64,000 nt of DNA from an uncultured virus (IMG/VR IMGVR_UViG_2061766007_002383) (IMGVR_UViG_2061766007_002383), one strand, 5' to 3'; numbered from the stretch's first letter, positions 29,901-41,035 are shown. The notes: a model not told the origin generated them from the sequence alone. Numbers and translations: made by a program.

Positions 29901-32646
29901 TAAACATGGTAGAGCACCTGTAAAAATAACAAATCTAGATGATTTTCATCGTAGACACGCTAGCGGTACAGATAATGACGAAGAAGAAGAAACAGAACAA
30001 CAACGTCAAGCACGTGAATATAGAGATAGACACGATGAAAGAAGACGTAGAAACAGACAACATCATGAAAATATTAGAAAAAAAATAGAACAAAAAGAAA
30101 ATGCACGTCAATATCGTGATAGACGTCTTCAAAGACGTGGTAGAATCAATCAACACAATAGAGAAGTACGTGAACAGTTAGAACAACAACAAGAAGAAAA
30201 TCGTCAAAAAGCTGAATTACGTCAAGAATGGGAAAACCGTTATTTAAGACGCAGAAAACGTTTAAAAATTATGGGTAGACCAGGTACACCTGAAAGAGCT
30301 AAATGGGAAGAAGAAGAAAGATTAAAAAGAATGACTCCTTTTGATAGAGCAAGAGAGCAATTAAAAGATGTCCCAGATGGTCGTAGTAAACAATGGCTCA
30401 TGAAAGGTATTGGTATTAGTGAAAAAGTATCTAATAAAGCAAATAATGCATTAAGTAAATTTTCCGAAAAAGCACAAGAAGCTTCCGATAATATTGCTGC
30501 AAAATATAAAGAAAGATATGAATCATATCAAAATGACGATAAACTACAAGGTAATGACCATATAACTTATTCAAAACAACGATTAGGTGATGCTATAGGA
30601 CATGTTGAAAACTTTAGAAATGCATTAGGTACATTATCTGAAGTTTTCCCAGCATTAACTCCAGCAGTATATGGTCTTGATATGGCATTAAACTTAATGA
30701 AAGTAGGTGTACAAACTTTAGAATATGTAGAAGGTATATTACTCTTTACTAGAGAAGGCGCTGCAGCAGCAAACATGTTAGAAGCCGCATCAGAAGAAAC
30801 AAAAGCTGGAGCGTCTCTTATGGCAACTTTAGCAAACTGGGCTGAAAGTGAATCTGAAATTCAAAAAGCTATTGGAACAGCAGGTACAACTATTGTTAAC
30901 TGGTTAGCAACTGGAGCAGAAGCTGCTTTAGCGGCAATTAGGGCTATTGGACTTGGTCCTATATTATTAATTATTGGAGCAATTATTGCTGTCGTTGCTG
31001 TATTATACTTCTGGGAAAAGAAACATGCAGAAGCTTTAAAAGAAAATCAAGAACAATTTAAAGAAAATACAAAATCATTAAATGCCGCAATTGCTAAATA
31101 TAAAAGTGTACGTGCTGCAAGAGTAGCTGAAACACAAGCTGTACGAAAACATCAAGCGGCTTTAAAAGAATCTATAGCTTTACGACAATTACAACTACAA
31201 AGACAAAAACAATTACAAACTATTGATAAAGGTACAACAATACGTAATGATGGAATGTGGGGTGAATATGGATTAAGAGCTCAATTACAAAAAGGTGGTG
31301 ATTGGGTAAATCTTATTCCTGGTATTGGACCGCTAATAAGACATTTAGTTGGTGACTATCAAGAAACAGCATCAGAGCATGAAGGCACATCACAACAAAT
31401 TAGAACTATTATTGATGATGAGTCCGCATTCGGAATTTTTAATAATCCATATCAAAATTATGTAGATAGTTATTATAAAGCTCATGCATATGATTTTGGA
31501 CGTATGGATGCGTTCGCACCACAATTACAAGAACTGTATTCTGTTGAAACACAAGCACAAAGATTATATGGAACAGAAGATGCACGTAATTCTGATATGT
31601 TTTTAAGAAAAATGCAAGAAGTTGCTGACCAAACAGGATTAACTGGAGCGGAACTAGGACAATATCTTGACTATATGCAAACTGAAGCCAATGTTGAATA
31701 TGCAAGAACTGAAGCACAATCTCGTTTTGGTGAAATACAAGCAGAAGCAAATACAAAAGCTATGGAATTTTTATTCCCAGAAACTGGTGATATGGGTGAC
31801 CAAGATAAATTAAGATATAATATGGTTATGGCTGCTGTAAAAGATGAAGCTTTTAAAATGAAACAGCAATTATTTTATAGTGCTATGATGGAGTACGCAC
31901 AAGCATTATATAATTTCTTAACTGGTAATTGGGGAGAAGCAGATAAACATAGAAAAGCAGGTAATGCATATTTAGAAGGTATGGCTGAAGTAGATGAAAA
32001 ATCTAAAGAAATTGCAGAAGATTCATTAGCTATTAGTGAAGAACAATTACGAAAAGATTATGGAACAAAAAGTTATTCATTTTATGGCGATACACCATTT
32101 GGAGGAGCTATAGATTCTGCGCATGCAGCAGGATTATCAGTAGTTAATCATGGAAGTAGTCAGACTAGTATACAAAAAAATACATCATCAAGTACAAGTT
32201 TAAATAATTCATATAATGATGCAGCAAATGCTGCTCAAAAATCATTAGATAACGCTTCTAAAGCATTACAAGAAGATTATGGCTCACAAGATAATGAAAA
32301 TCATATTGGTCTTTTAAGTAAGGCATTAAATTTTGCCGCAAATTTACATCCAGCCGTTGGATTAATTACATCATTATTTGGTGACGATAAAACAGAATCA
32401 GCGGCTGGAGACTCATCACAACCAGTAGTTAACAAATATGAAATTAATATTAATACAATTAATATCAATACAGAAGATAATCCAGAAAAAATTAAAACAG
32501 CATTTATGAATTTAATGATAGAAATGTCTGAACAAATTACACCAAGATATGTATCAAGAACTACTGGACAAATGTCTAATACTAATGAGCAAAGTACTGG
32601 TACTGAAATTAATTATAACAACAACAATAATCCCAATAATATATAG
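23951..32646 (+). CDS. Tape measure protein (~2900 aa) with two ADP-ribosyltransferase domains and a zincin metallopeptidase; split in the ORF track only by the N-gap 25185-25218
   Basis: TP901-type core (EGLEALARAG, GTKGEMAGTALR). The frame after the gap reads TFNKLVPAVAGFM into the 2463-aa ORF. Motifs: LYR/STS/EAE, LTRG/STS/ELE and HELAH. Confidence 0.85.
25801..25881 (+). repeat. 15-bp tandem repeat (GGCTCTGGTTCTGGT) x5, encoding a GSGSG linker
   Basis: Directly visible; the fifth copy has one substitution. Confidence 0.95.
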
Positions 32647-32654
32647 GTGATTTA

Positions 32655-33611
32655 ATGACAAACAATGCTGGTAGTAATATATATATAACTTCAGATAATT
32701 ATAAAGATATAAAACCAATTAATGTAGATAATGCCAAAGATTTAGAAAATGCATTAAATGGTGAAGGCTATAATTCATATAATAGCAGAGATTTAGATTT
32801 AAGTGCACAAGGTTGGGGCGGTATGAAAAGTGGTGCAATTATGTATGATTCAACTCAATCACATAATTGGCTATCAAATGTTCCAGATGAATACAAAAAA
32901 GTAGCAGACAAATGGCAAAAACAACAGGGTGTTATTAAAATCACTCCATTACAGCAAAGACAAAAATTCACATATTCAACTGTTGCATATATTGCTTCAA
33001 ATCAAGCTGAACCTAAAACACAAATATTTCCATTAACAGATTTAAGCGTTACACCACATCAAATTAATTGGGATTTTTATTCAACAACAGAAGGACGTGT
33101 AGGGGTGTCTAATGCTGTTGAAGAACATATGAAATGTGAATTTGATGTATATTTAACAGACTTAATTGCGACATACTGGGTTTTTGGTGGAGATGGTCAA
33201 TATAATTATGGATTATCAACTTTTCCTAATCTAAAAAAACGATGGTGGAACGCTGTTAAAGATGGTACATATTTACAATTTGAAGCTAATATCGAACAAA
33301 CAGGTGCATTTATTCAATTTAGAAATAGTTTTTTACAACAACATTTAGGATGGGTATGTCGTTTTACAAGTCATGCTTTTGGTGTTTTTCAAGGTGTAAT
33401 TAATCAAGTTAATTATGAAATTGGAGGAGGAGAATCATTCGCAAAATGGCATATTACTATAGAAGAAGCTCTTTTTACAAATGAAGGATACAGCATTGAA
33501 GGAAAAAAACCTGATGAATCTGATGAATCTAATGAATCTAGTGTATCTTCTGATTCTTCTACAACAAATTCAGGTGATGCTGGAGATACTGAAAATGTTG
33601 GTACTGAATAA
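32655..33611 (+). CDS. Tail tube initiator / baseplate-tube junction protein (putative)
   Basis: Directly after the tape measure; FGVFQGVINQVNYE...WHITIEE. Confidence 0.5.
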   Translation: MTNNAGSNIYITSDNYKDIKPINVDNAKDLENALNGEGYNSYNSRDLDLSAQGWGGMKSGAIMYDSTQSHNWLSNVPDEYKKVADKWQKQQGVIKITPLQQRQKFTYSTVAYIASNQAEPKTQIFPLTDLSVTPHQINWDFYSTTEGRVGVSNAVEEHMKCEFDVYLTDLIATYWVFGGDGQYNYGLSTFPNLKKRWWNAVKDGTYLQFEANIEQTGAFIQFRNSFLQQHLGWVCRFTSHAFGVFQGVINQVNYEIGGGESFAKWHITIEEALFTNEGYSIEGKKPDESDESNESSVSSDSSTTNSGDAGDTENVGTE

Positions 33612-35017
33612 TGATAAATAGAAACAAAAAACAATCACAATACGTTTTTAATGCGGAAAAAGGTATATTAGAAAAACTTACAACTATTAAAAATATACCA
33701 GAAAAAGCGGCAGAACAACAAAAAAACCCCATAGTTAACACAGTAACAGTAATTACATCAGCAGATAATTTAGTACATAATTACTTTTATTTTTACGAAA
33801 CTTCATGGGACGCTACAAATTGCATACAAAACGTAATCATAAAAACACCCAAAATGAATCAAGAAAACACAAACTATTGGGCAACTTATGTTGGCGAAGT
33901 TACAATATATCTAGGAACAGATATAGCTAAAAATAAAAATAATGAAACAACACACAGTTCAGAAAGCGAAGCTGCAAATTCATTAACAATGTTTTCTAAA
34001 AACTCATATATAAGACCATACTTTAGGGGTGAAATAAGTTATATTAAAGAATATCAAAATGATATAGCCATATATGTAAATGGTATAGGTCGCAGATTTC
34101 AACAAAAAATACCAGAAGAATTCAGAGAAAAATATATCTATAATCAGAATGTAAGAGATTCATTTCAAGCAATGTGTGAATTTTTAGGAGTAGATTATAT
34201 ATGCCCACCACAAACTGTAACTGAAAACCAAGAAGAACAAATAGGAACAGAAACAAGTACAGATGGTAGTGAAAATAATGTTGGAGACCAATTAGCAGCC
34301 GCCAAAAATATAATAGACAAAGCTAAAGACATTGTAAAAAATAAATCTAATGAAAAAAATAAAAACGATAAACAAGAAAATAATCAAGATTCTACAGAAA
34401 ATACTGATAACTTAACTAACAATACAGAAATTGATGCAGTCATTAATGGTTATGATGATATAAGTTTTGATGCTAATGGTTCTATTGTTCATGGTTCTGC
34501 AGTTATCGAAACATCACCAGATATGGCTGAAACATTAATGGAGATGGATGAGCATCCATTAGAAAAATATCTTGAAGATGAAACAGGTATTGTTGAAAAA
34601 GTACAAAAATTTTTAGATGGTGAATTATTTTCTGAATTACATAATGCCGTAATGGATTATGGCTCTATTACTATTCAGCCTGCAAGTACAACCACAACTG
34701 ATATGTCAGCTATTAATACAACCCCTGCTGTTACTGATGCAGGTGCAGGTGGTACAGAAGGCTCTGGTAGTGGTGGTGGTAGTAGTGGAAGTGGTAGTTC
34801 TAAAGGTGGTTCTTCTAAAAATAAAGGAGTTGGACAAAAAGGTGTATGGGGTAAAACTGCAGGCGGTAGTTATTATTTAACACAAGACGCTATTAATAAG
34901 ATGTCTATGGCAGAAGCAAAACGTAGATATGAAGATGGTAAGAAAAGAAATATTTATACTCGTGCAACAATGGAAAAATTATGGTATAGAATGATGTTTG
35001 GTACTAAATTTTATTAA
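33611..35017 (+). CDS. Baseplate-hub N-half, paralog 1
   Basis: FRGEISYIKE...RFQQKIPEEFREKYIYNQNVRDSFQAMCEFLGVDY...YGSITIQP aligns with 36758..37804. Confidence 0.55.
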   Translation: MINRNKKQSQYVFNAEKGILEKLTTIKNIPEKAAEQQKNPIVNTVTVITSADNLVHNYFYFYETSWDATNCIQNVIIKTPKMNQENTNYWATYVGEVTIYLGTDIAKNKNNETTHSSESEAANSLTMFSKNSYIRPYFRGEISYIKEYQNDIAIYVNGIGRRFQQKIPEEFREKYIYNQNVRDSFQAMCEFLGVDYICPPQTVTENQEEQIGTETSTDGSENNVGDQLAAAKNIIDKAKDIVKNKSNEKNKNDKQENNQDSTENTDNLTNNTEIDAVINGYDDISFDANGSIVHGSAVIETSPDMAETLMEMDEHPLEKYLEDETGIVEKVQKFLDGELFSELHNAVMDYGSITIQPASTTTTDMSAINTTPAVTDAGAGGTEGSGSGGGSSGSGSSKGGSSKNKGVGQKGVWGKTAGGSYYLTQDAINKMSMAEAKRRYEDGKKRNIYTRATMEKLWYRMMFGTKFY

Positions 35018-35027
35018 AGGTGATTAA

Positions 35028-36758
35028 ATGCCAAATGATAATACAACTAATGATTCTTTAAACAAACAACAAGATTCTACACAACAAGGTTCTACACAAG
35101 GTAGTGGTGGTAATCATGTATTTGCTTTTGGGATGGATAGTAATGCACAAGGTGATATGGCTAATGTTGAAAAAATGAAACAAGTTTTAGAATCATGTGG
35201 AAATAAAGTACATTTCACTCAAATCGGTCCTAATCAAGAAACTTATTTAGCACAAAAAGCAAAAGAAGTAAATGCTGATACTTGTATTTTTGCTTGTTTA
35301 GTAGCTCCAGCAACCATATGGTCTTTTGGTGAAGCAGTTAAAGCAGGAACACTACCACATACTATTTTTGCTATTGAAGGATGGATGGCAAAAGCAGATA
35401 ATTTAGAAGATGTACGTAATACACCTTGGGAGCCTGAATGGGATGCTGGTCAATTTATGACAGGTAGTAGTACTTCTAAAATGACATCTGAAGCCCAAAC
35501 AGTTGGAGAATGGGTAGATAAAAATTCTGAATATATTAGTTTATGTTATGGAAGTACTGCCGAAGAGTTAGCACAAAATATATGTAATGGTTCATGTGGG
35601 GGTGGTGGCGGTAGTAGTTCTGTTGTTGGTTCTGGTGGTGGAGCTAAAATAAAAGATAAAACTTTTGAAGATTGTATTCATCGTATTTGTGCTGCTACTG
35701 ATTCTATTTTTATTGTAGAGAATAATGTTGCGGTTTTATTTCCTTATACAGATTGGTTAGCTTTTACATTAAGGCAAAAGATTAATACTATTAAAGCAGA
35801 TGAAATAGACCCTGATGTTTTTTCTGTTGAATATAATGATGAAGGCTTTTATAATAAAGTAAGTATGGTGTGGGGTGGGGCAAAATTACCAGAGCGTAAA
35901 TTTGATAACTCAACTTATAAACAACAAACAAATACAGCAACAGTCACAAACAAAGGTATTACAACACAAAAACTTCATGTTGACAAAAATGGAGATAGTG
36001 TATTATCAGAACAGTATGATGCTTTAGTAGAAAAATATGGTGTTCTTGAAAAAAGAATCGAATCACAAGCACCAGATTACGAAACAGCACAATATTTAGT
36101 AAATGCATTATTAATTCAATACGTACGTGATTTCAATAATAATTGCCAATGTAGAGCAATTACTAATAAAAAATATATGGGTGGAACATTTTATAATGTC
36201 ACAAACCCTTTTACATCAGAACAAGAAATGCTATACTTAAATGGATATACCATGAGAGTGCAAAAAGGAACTCCATTATATTTTGATTTAAACTTCAAAT
36301 ATGGACCAGAATCAGCTGAAGAAATATTAGATTACCAATTATTAACAGGAGGGTCAGGAGCTTCATCATCAGGGGTACAAGGAGATGGTTCAGCTACAGA
36401 ACAAGCAATATGGGCAGATGCTGCAAAAATACATTATGGACATGAATGTTCTGCAAGTGACCCAGAAGAAGCATATAAGACTTTACAACCAAATTTAGGT
36501 AAAATATCAGCGGACTGCTTTGGAATGAGTTCATACTTATATTATCGTTTTAATTATCAAGCAGGTATACCATGTAGAATATATGTAGGGTCTGGAAGTG
36601 GCTCAAGTGGAACACATAGAGTTGTAGCATTATACAAAAATAATACATGGTATAGACCAGTACAAGAATATAAACAGCTAGAAAATTTATTCCGTTATAA
36701 TTCAAGCTGTGAAACAACTGAAGATATTTTTCTTAAAGAGCCATCAGGTGGTCAATAA
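35028..36758 (+). CDS. Baseplate-hub C-half with an N-terminal alpha/beta domain and a C-terminal transglutaminase-like domain
   Basis: IKDKTF...FYNKV...LVEKYG...FKYGP; ADCFGMS (Cys at 36516) and GTHRVV (His at 36615); paralog of 9182..10999. Confidence 0.65.
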   Translation: MPNDNTTNDSLNKQQDSTQQGSTQGSGGNHVFAFGMDSNAQGDMANVEKMKQVLESCGNKVHFTQIGPNQETYLAQKAKEVNADTCIFACLVAPATIWSFGEAVKAGTLPHTIFAIEGWMAKADNLEDVRNTPWEPEWDAGQFMTGSSTSKMTSEAQTVGEWVDKNSEYISLCYGSTAEELAQNICNGSCGGGGGSSSVVGSGGGAKIKDKTFEDCIHRICAATDSIFIVENNVAVLFPYTDWLAFTLRQKINTIKADEIDPDVFSVEYNDEGFYNKVSMVWGGAKLPERKFDNSTYKQQTNTATVTNKGITTQKLHVDKNGDSVLSEQYDALVEKYGVLEKRIESQAPDYETAQYLVNALLIQYVRDFNNNCQCRAITNKKYMGGTFYNVTNPFTSEQEMLYLNGYTMRVQKGTPLYFDLNFKYGPESAEEILDYQLLTGGSGASSSGVQGDGSATEQAIWADAAKIHYGHECSASDPEEAYKTLQPNLGKISADCFGMSSYLYYRFNYQAGIPCRIYVGSGSGSSGTHRVVALYKNNTWYRPVQEYKQLENLFRYNSSCETTEDIFLKEPSGGQ

Positions 36759-37804
36759 TGGACTTTCCAAATATATCATTAACTAATAAAATAAGTGTTA
36801 TTACACTCGATGATAATTTAGAACATAATTATTTAATCAATATGGAATGGACTAAAGATAATAATTTACCAGTTGGATATACATATTTTACCACCTTATA
36901 TCAAAAAGAAATACTACAATATTGGATGACATATAAAGGTATAGTAATCGTAAATGCACAATTAATAGAAAAAGATAAAGAAATAAAAAAACAAAAAGCG
37001 GCAAATAATTTGCCTAATTCTTCATTGCAATCAACAGCAATTCAAAAAATTAATCAAAATGAATATTATAACTATTCATTCATTGGGCGTGTCAATAGGG
37101 CAAAACAAGTTGGACAATCAGTTCAAGTACATTTAGAAGATGTAGGATGGAAATTTTTACAAAAAGTTCCACATGAATTTCGTCAATCATATATAGCAGG
37201 TCAATCATTAGGAGACGCTTTTCAAGCCATGTGTGAATTTATGGGGGTTGATTTTGCATATAGTATAGAAGATTTAGATAAATATAAATTTTCAGCAGAC
37301 GGTTATTCCATTGAAAAAGATGGCACAATTATAGAAGAAGTACAAACTGTTTTTGAAGAATGGAGTAATGCAAAAAATGAAGATGAAGAAATGGCAAAAG
37401 CACTTACTGATATTGGTAATGAATTTAGTGGTGTTATAGATGCAAAAAAAGCCGCATCAATAATATCTGATGTTGCATCAGCATTAAATCCTAAAATAAC
37501 AAACACTACTCCTAATGCTATTTCTACTACTGACAATAATGTTGATGACACTACTAATAACTTACAAGATGATAAAATTGAAAAATACCAAGAAGAATTT
37601 GACGAGAAAATAAAAAATCTTTTTATAGGTAATACTTTATATGATTCAAATGTTACAGACCCAGTATTAAACTATGGTGCAATCACAATACAACCACAAG
37701 CTATATCTAATAATGTTGATATGTCTGTGGAAAATACAAATGATACATTAACAGAAAATAATAACAATACATCTCAAGATGATGAAAAAACAGAGGCTGA
37801 ATAA
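36758..37804 (+). CDS. Baseplate-hub N-half, paralog 2
   Basis: FIGRVNRAKQ...KFLQKVPHEFRQSYIAGQSLGDAFQAMCEFMGVDF...YGAITIQP. Confidence 0.55.
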   Translation: MDFPNISLTNKISVITLDDNLEHNYLINMEWTKDNNLPVGYTYFTTLYQKEILQYWMTYKGIVIVNAQLIEKDKEIKKQKAANNLPNSSLQSTAIQKINQNEYYNYSFIGRVNRAKQVGQSVQVHLEDVGWKFLQKVPHEFRQSYIAGQSLGDAFQAMCEFMGVDFAYSIEDLDKYKFSADGYSIEKDGTIIEEVQTVFEEWSNAKNEDEEMAKALTDIGNEFSGVIDAKKAASIISDVASALNPKITNTTPNAISTTDNNVDDTTNNLQDDKIEKYQEEFDEKIKNLFIGNTLYDSNVTDPVLNYGAITIQPQAISNNVDMSVENTNDTLTENNNNTSQDDEKTEAE

Positions 37805-39306
37805 TGGTAAATAGAGAATTTAGACCATCAATTGGACGTGTACAAAATTCATCTAAAATTTTTAATGGACAAAAAACAAATGCAACTATTAGAGATTTAG
37901 AAGAAGAAGAAGGAGAACTTGAAGAAAGAGAAGGAAGTGTTGTTTCAATTGAAACAGATAAAATTCATGGAGCAGGATGGACAGTAAAAGATACACAAGG
38001 AGAAACACATATATGCTCTTGTTCGACATCTATGTACGAAATACCTGATGGTAAAACACGTGGTGGTAAATTATATCCATCAGAAACAATTAAAGTCAAA
38101 TTTACTATTAACCCAGTATTAAGACTCAATAGTATTACAGAAATACTTTCATCAGGCAAAGAATCAACTAAATTAAATATAGAAGACTGGATACATAAAG
38201 ACGAATCTACAACTGTTATAGCAAAACCTAGTTCAGCAATATCTATATCAAATGGATTTATACAAATGAACTATAAAAACAAAAATCAAGTTGTAACTGG
38301 AGAATATGGCGTAAGTACCGAAGGAGATACTACAGACATAAACACAGATATGCTATCAATTAATAGTGACACCATAACAGTTTACGATGGGGAAGAATTA
38401 AATACTTATGTAGATAATCATGCATTAACTGTTAGTAATGATTTTGAATCATATAATATAGATACTTTTAATGATTTAAGCATTCATGTAGATAGAAGTA
38501 ATAATATTACTCAATTATCTATTAATACTCCACATACTTTTAATAAATATGGTGTTATTGGTGAAATTAAAGACCAAAAGGCTATTCCTATTAGAATACA
38601 ATCTCAACAATTAGTAACAGATGGTGATTGTATGGATATTATTAGTATTGACGAAGATGGTATAATATACATAAAATCTTATGAAAATAATTGCCCTAAA
38701 GAAAGAATTATATCATCAACACATAACTGGATTACCCCACAAATTGAAGCACGTAATTATATTAAAATTATCGTTAATAAAATATGTAATAATTGCGATG
38801 AAGGTGTAAATGCTCAAGTAGAATATATAAATTATTGTCCTTCATGTAATAATTGGAATGTTTTAGTTAATACATCTACATCAATCAAGTGTAATACATG
38901 CGGAACACAATATTGTCAAAATTGTGGAACAAATTTATCATTACCTAACGGTGAAAAAATAAAAAAATATCATGAAAATTTTATATCTGCTATTGGTAGT
39001 ACTTGTGACTATTGTAAGACACAATTACAACCTAATACAAATAAACAATATGTTAATTATTGCCCAGACTGTGAAAAATGGGGAACATTATATCAATCTG
39101 AAAAAATTGATGTAGATAAAGAAGGAGAAGAGGATGAATTGTCTATTATTAATATTCTTAAATGTGAATCTTGTGAAGCAGAATATTGTAGTACATGTGG
39201 TATAAATCAAAATATGCATGGATTAACATTAACAAATAATCCAGTTCAATATCAAGCTTATAAAGATGCATTACGTAAATTAAAATATATAAAAGATGGT
39301 GTTTAG
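37804..39306 (+). CDS. Putative central spike with duplicated C-terminal Cys-rich Zn-binding domains
   Basis: Lies before baseplate J; N-terminal OB-like EGSVVSI then beta-rich repeats; two CxxC-NYCPxC-CxxC-YCxxCG units. Confidence 0.55.
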   Translation: MVNREFRPSIGRVQNSSKIFNGQKTNATIRDLEEEEGELEEREGSVVSIETDKIHGAGWTVKDTQGETHICSCSTSMYEIPDGKTRGGKLYPSETIKVKFTINPVLRLNSITEILSSGKESTKLNIEDWIHKDESTTVIAKPSSAISISNGFIQMNYKNKNQVVTGEYGVSTEGDTTDINTDMLSINSDTITVYDGEELNTYVDNHALTVSNDFESYNIDTFNDLSIHVDRSNNITQLSINTPHTFNKYGVIGEIKDQKAIPIRIQSQQLVTDGDCMDIISIDEDGIIYIKSYENNCPKERIISSTHNWITPQIEARNYIKIIVNKICNNCDEGVNAQVEYINYCPSCNNWNVLVNTSTSIKCNTCGTQYCQNCGTNLSLPNGEKIKKYHENFISAIGSTCDYCKTQLQPNTNKQYVNYCPDCEKWGTLYQSEKIDVDKEGEEDELSIINILKCESCEAEYCSTCGINQNMHGLTLTNNPVQYQAYKDALRKLKYIKDGV

Positions 39307-40434
39307 ATGGTAGAATTACAAATTAATGATGGAACAGATATTCTCGATAATCTTTGGAGAAACTTAATTAATACTGGAGCAAGAAAACGCAGACATGATA
39401 GTACACATACTGGTTTATTATTCTCTGCTATTGCAACAGAACTTAATGTAGCGATTAGTTTATTACAGTCATATGCAAATCAATTTTCAATGGATACAAT
39501 GACTGATAAAGTCTTGTTAGAAAATATGGCTGGTCAATATGCATATCGTAGAGTAGCAAGTAAATCAAAAGTTGTTTTAAACTTTTATAGATTAAATGGA
39601 TATACAGATACAGTTAAAATTCCAGCTGGTTTTGCAGTAAGGGCTAACGGAAGAGCAAATATTATTTTTAAAACTGCTACGACTGTGTATCTTTATAAAG
39701 GTACTCAAATGGTATCTGTATTAGCATATTCACTTGCATCTGGTAATCAAAATAATGTAGATGCAAATACATTAACAATTTTTGCAAATAGTGATTTTAA
39801 TGAACTTATTGGTGTAACAAACCCAGAGCCTGCCTTTGGTGGATATAATGACGAATCTATTAGTCATTTAAAAGATAGGTCAAAAAATTTTAGATATGCA
39901 AGAGATTGTACCTTAAGAGATATTGAGCAACAATTATATGAGGCAGGTGTTAAGGTATATCAATATTCTGCTGAAGAATATACAGATGGGGCAGGAAGTT
40001 ATATGATTTGTATTGATGCTGATTCAGATACAGCTTTTGAAGATATTGTTAGCAGAGTACATTATCGACATTATTATGGAAATTCACCATCTTATATCAG
40101 GGCAACAAGACTATATATTGATATGTATGTAACAGTACAAACAGCACATGAAGTTGACTATACACCACGACAAAAAAATACTATTTATAACACTATTAAT
40201 GATGCCATTCAACAATTTTTTTCAGCATATTGTACTGTTGGAGCAAATATTCGTCTTAATGCATTAAAAGCAGCTTTAAATAGTTCTTTAAGCGGTTTTG
40301 ATATTGCAGATATTGAAATTGAAATAGCAAATTCTGTTAAAGTTAACAATAAAAATGTTATTGAAGTTGGTAATACAACAAAAGCATATCCTAATAAAAT
40401 ACTTACATCATTAGAATACGTTGGGGGAGAATAA
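39307..40434 (+). CDS. Baseplate J-like wedge protein
   Basis: VKIPAGFAV, IFKT, GNQNNVDANTL and VTNPEPAFGGYNDES are typical gpJ motifs. Confidence 0.9.
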   Translation: MVELQINDGTDILDNLWRNLINTGARKRRHDSTHTGLLFSAIATELNVAISLLQSYANQFSMDTMTDKVLLENMAGQYAYRRVASKSKVVLNFYRLNGYTDTVKIPAGFAVRANGRANIIFKTATTVYLYKGTQMVSVLAYSLASGNQNNVDANTLTIFANSDFNELIGVTNPEPAFGGYNDESISHLKDRSKNFRYARDCTLRDIEQQLYEAGVKVYQYSAEEYTDGAGSYMICIDADSDTAFEDIVSRVHYRHYYGNSPSYIRATRLYIDMYVTVQTAHEVDYTPRQKNTIYNTINDAIQQFFSAYCTVGANIRLNALKAALNSSLSGFDIADIEIEIANSVKVNNKNVIEVGNTTKAYPNKILTSLEYVGGE

Positions 40435-40982
40435 TGACTAAATGTCATAAAGAACAAATAAAAACACTTACTTCAGACGAATATATTTTTACTTCTGAAA
40501 TGGATAGTTTCGATGGATGTGAACAAAATTTAAGTAATGCAGATATGTTAGATTTTCGTACAGAAATGGATAATCGTTCTTTCTATGAAAAAACTGAATG
40601 GAATATGTGTGAAGATTTAATATACACAATAAACGAAGAAACATTGTGGCAAACTATTGTTGGTGAAATAAAAACACCATTAGGTGCATTAAACAATTCT
40701 GTAGGTCAATTAGGATATGGATGCGACATTTGGAACTATATTGGCGAAAATTTAGATTCATTAATGATAAGCGAAATAGAACACGAAGTGATTAGAGTTT
40801 GTTTAAAGTATCCAGAAGTCAACAATGTCATTGGTATTGAAACTTATACAGCTGAAAATATGTTATTAATCAAACTTACATTAGATAGTATATATGGAGT
40901 TTTTGATGGTTCAATTCGTATACCACAAGCTCATATCTCTAAAAGAAAATGGTCATTAAATAGTGGCAGATACATGAGTTAA
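40434..40982 (+). CDS. Baseplate gp25/W-like sheath initiator
   Basis: IKTPLG...GYGCDIWNYIG...CLKYPEV pattern. Confidence 0.75.
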   Translation: MTKCHKEQIKTLTSDEYIFTSEMDSFDGCEQNLSNADMLDFRTEMDNRSFYEKTEWNMCEDLIYTINEETLWQTIVGEIKTPLGALNNSVGQLGYGCDIWNYIGENLDSLMISEIEHEVIRVCLKYPEVNNVIGIETYTAENMLLIKLTLDSIYGVFDGSIRIPQAHISKRKWSLNSGRYMS

Positions 40983-41035
40983 ATAGATTAGACAATATAG
41001 ATTTTTTATAATATTACTATTTTTGGGGCAATAAA

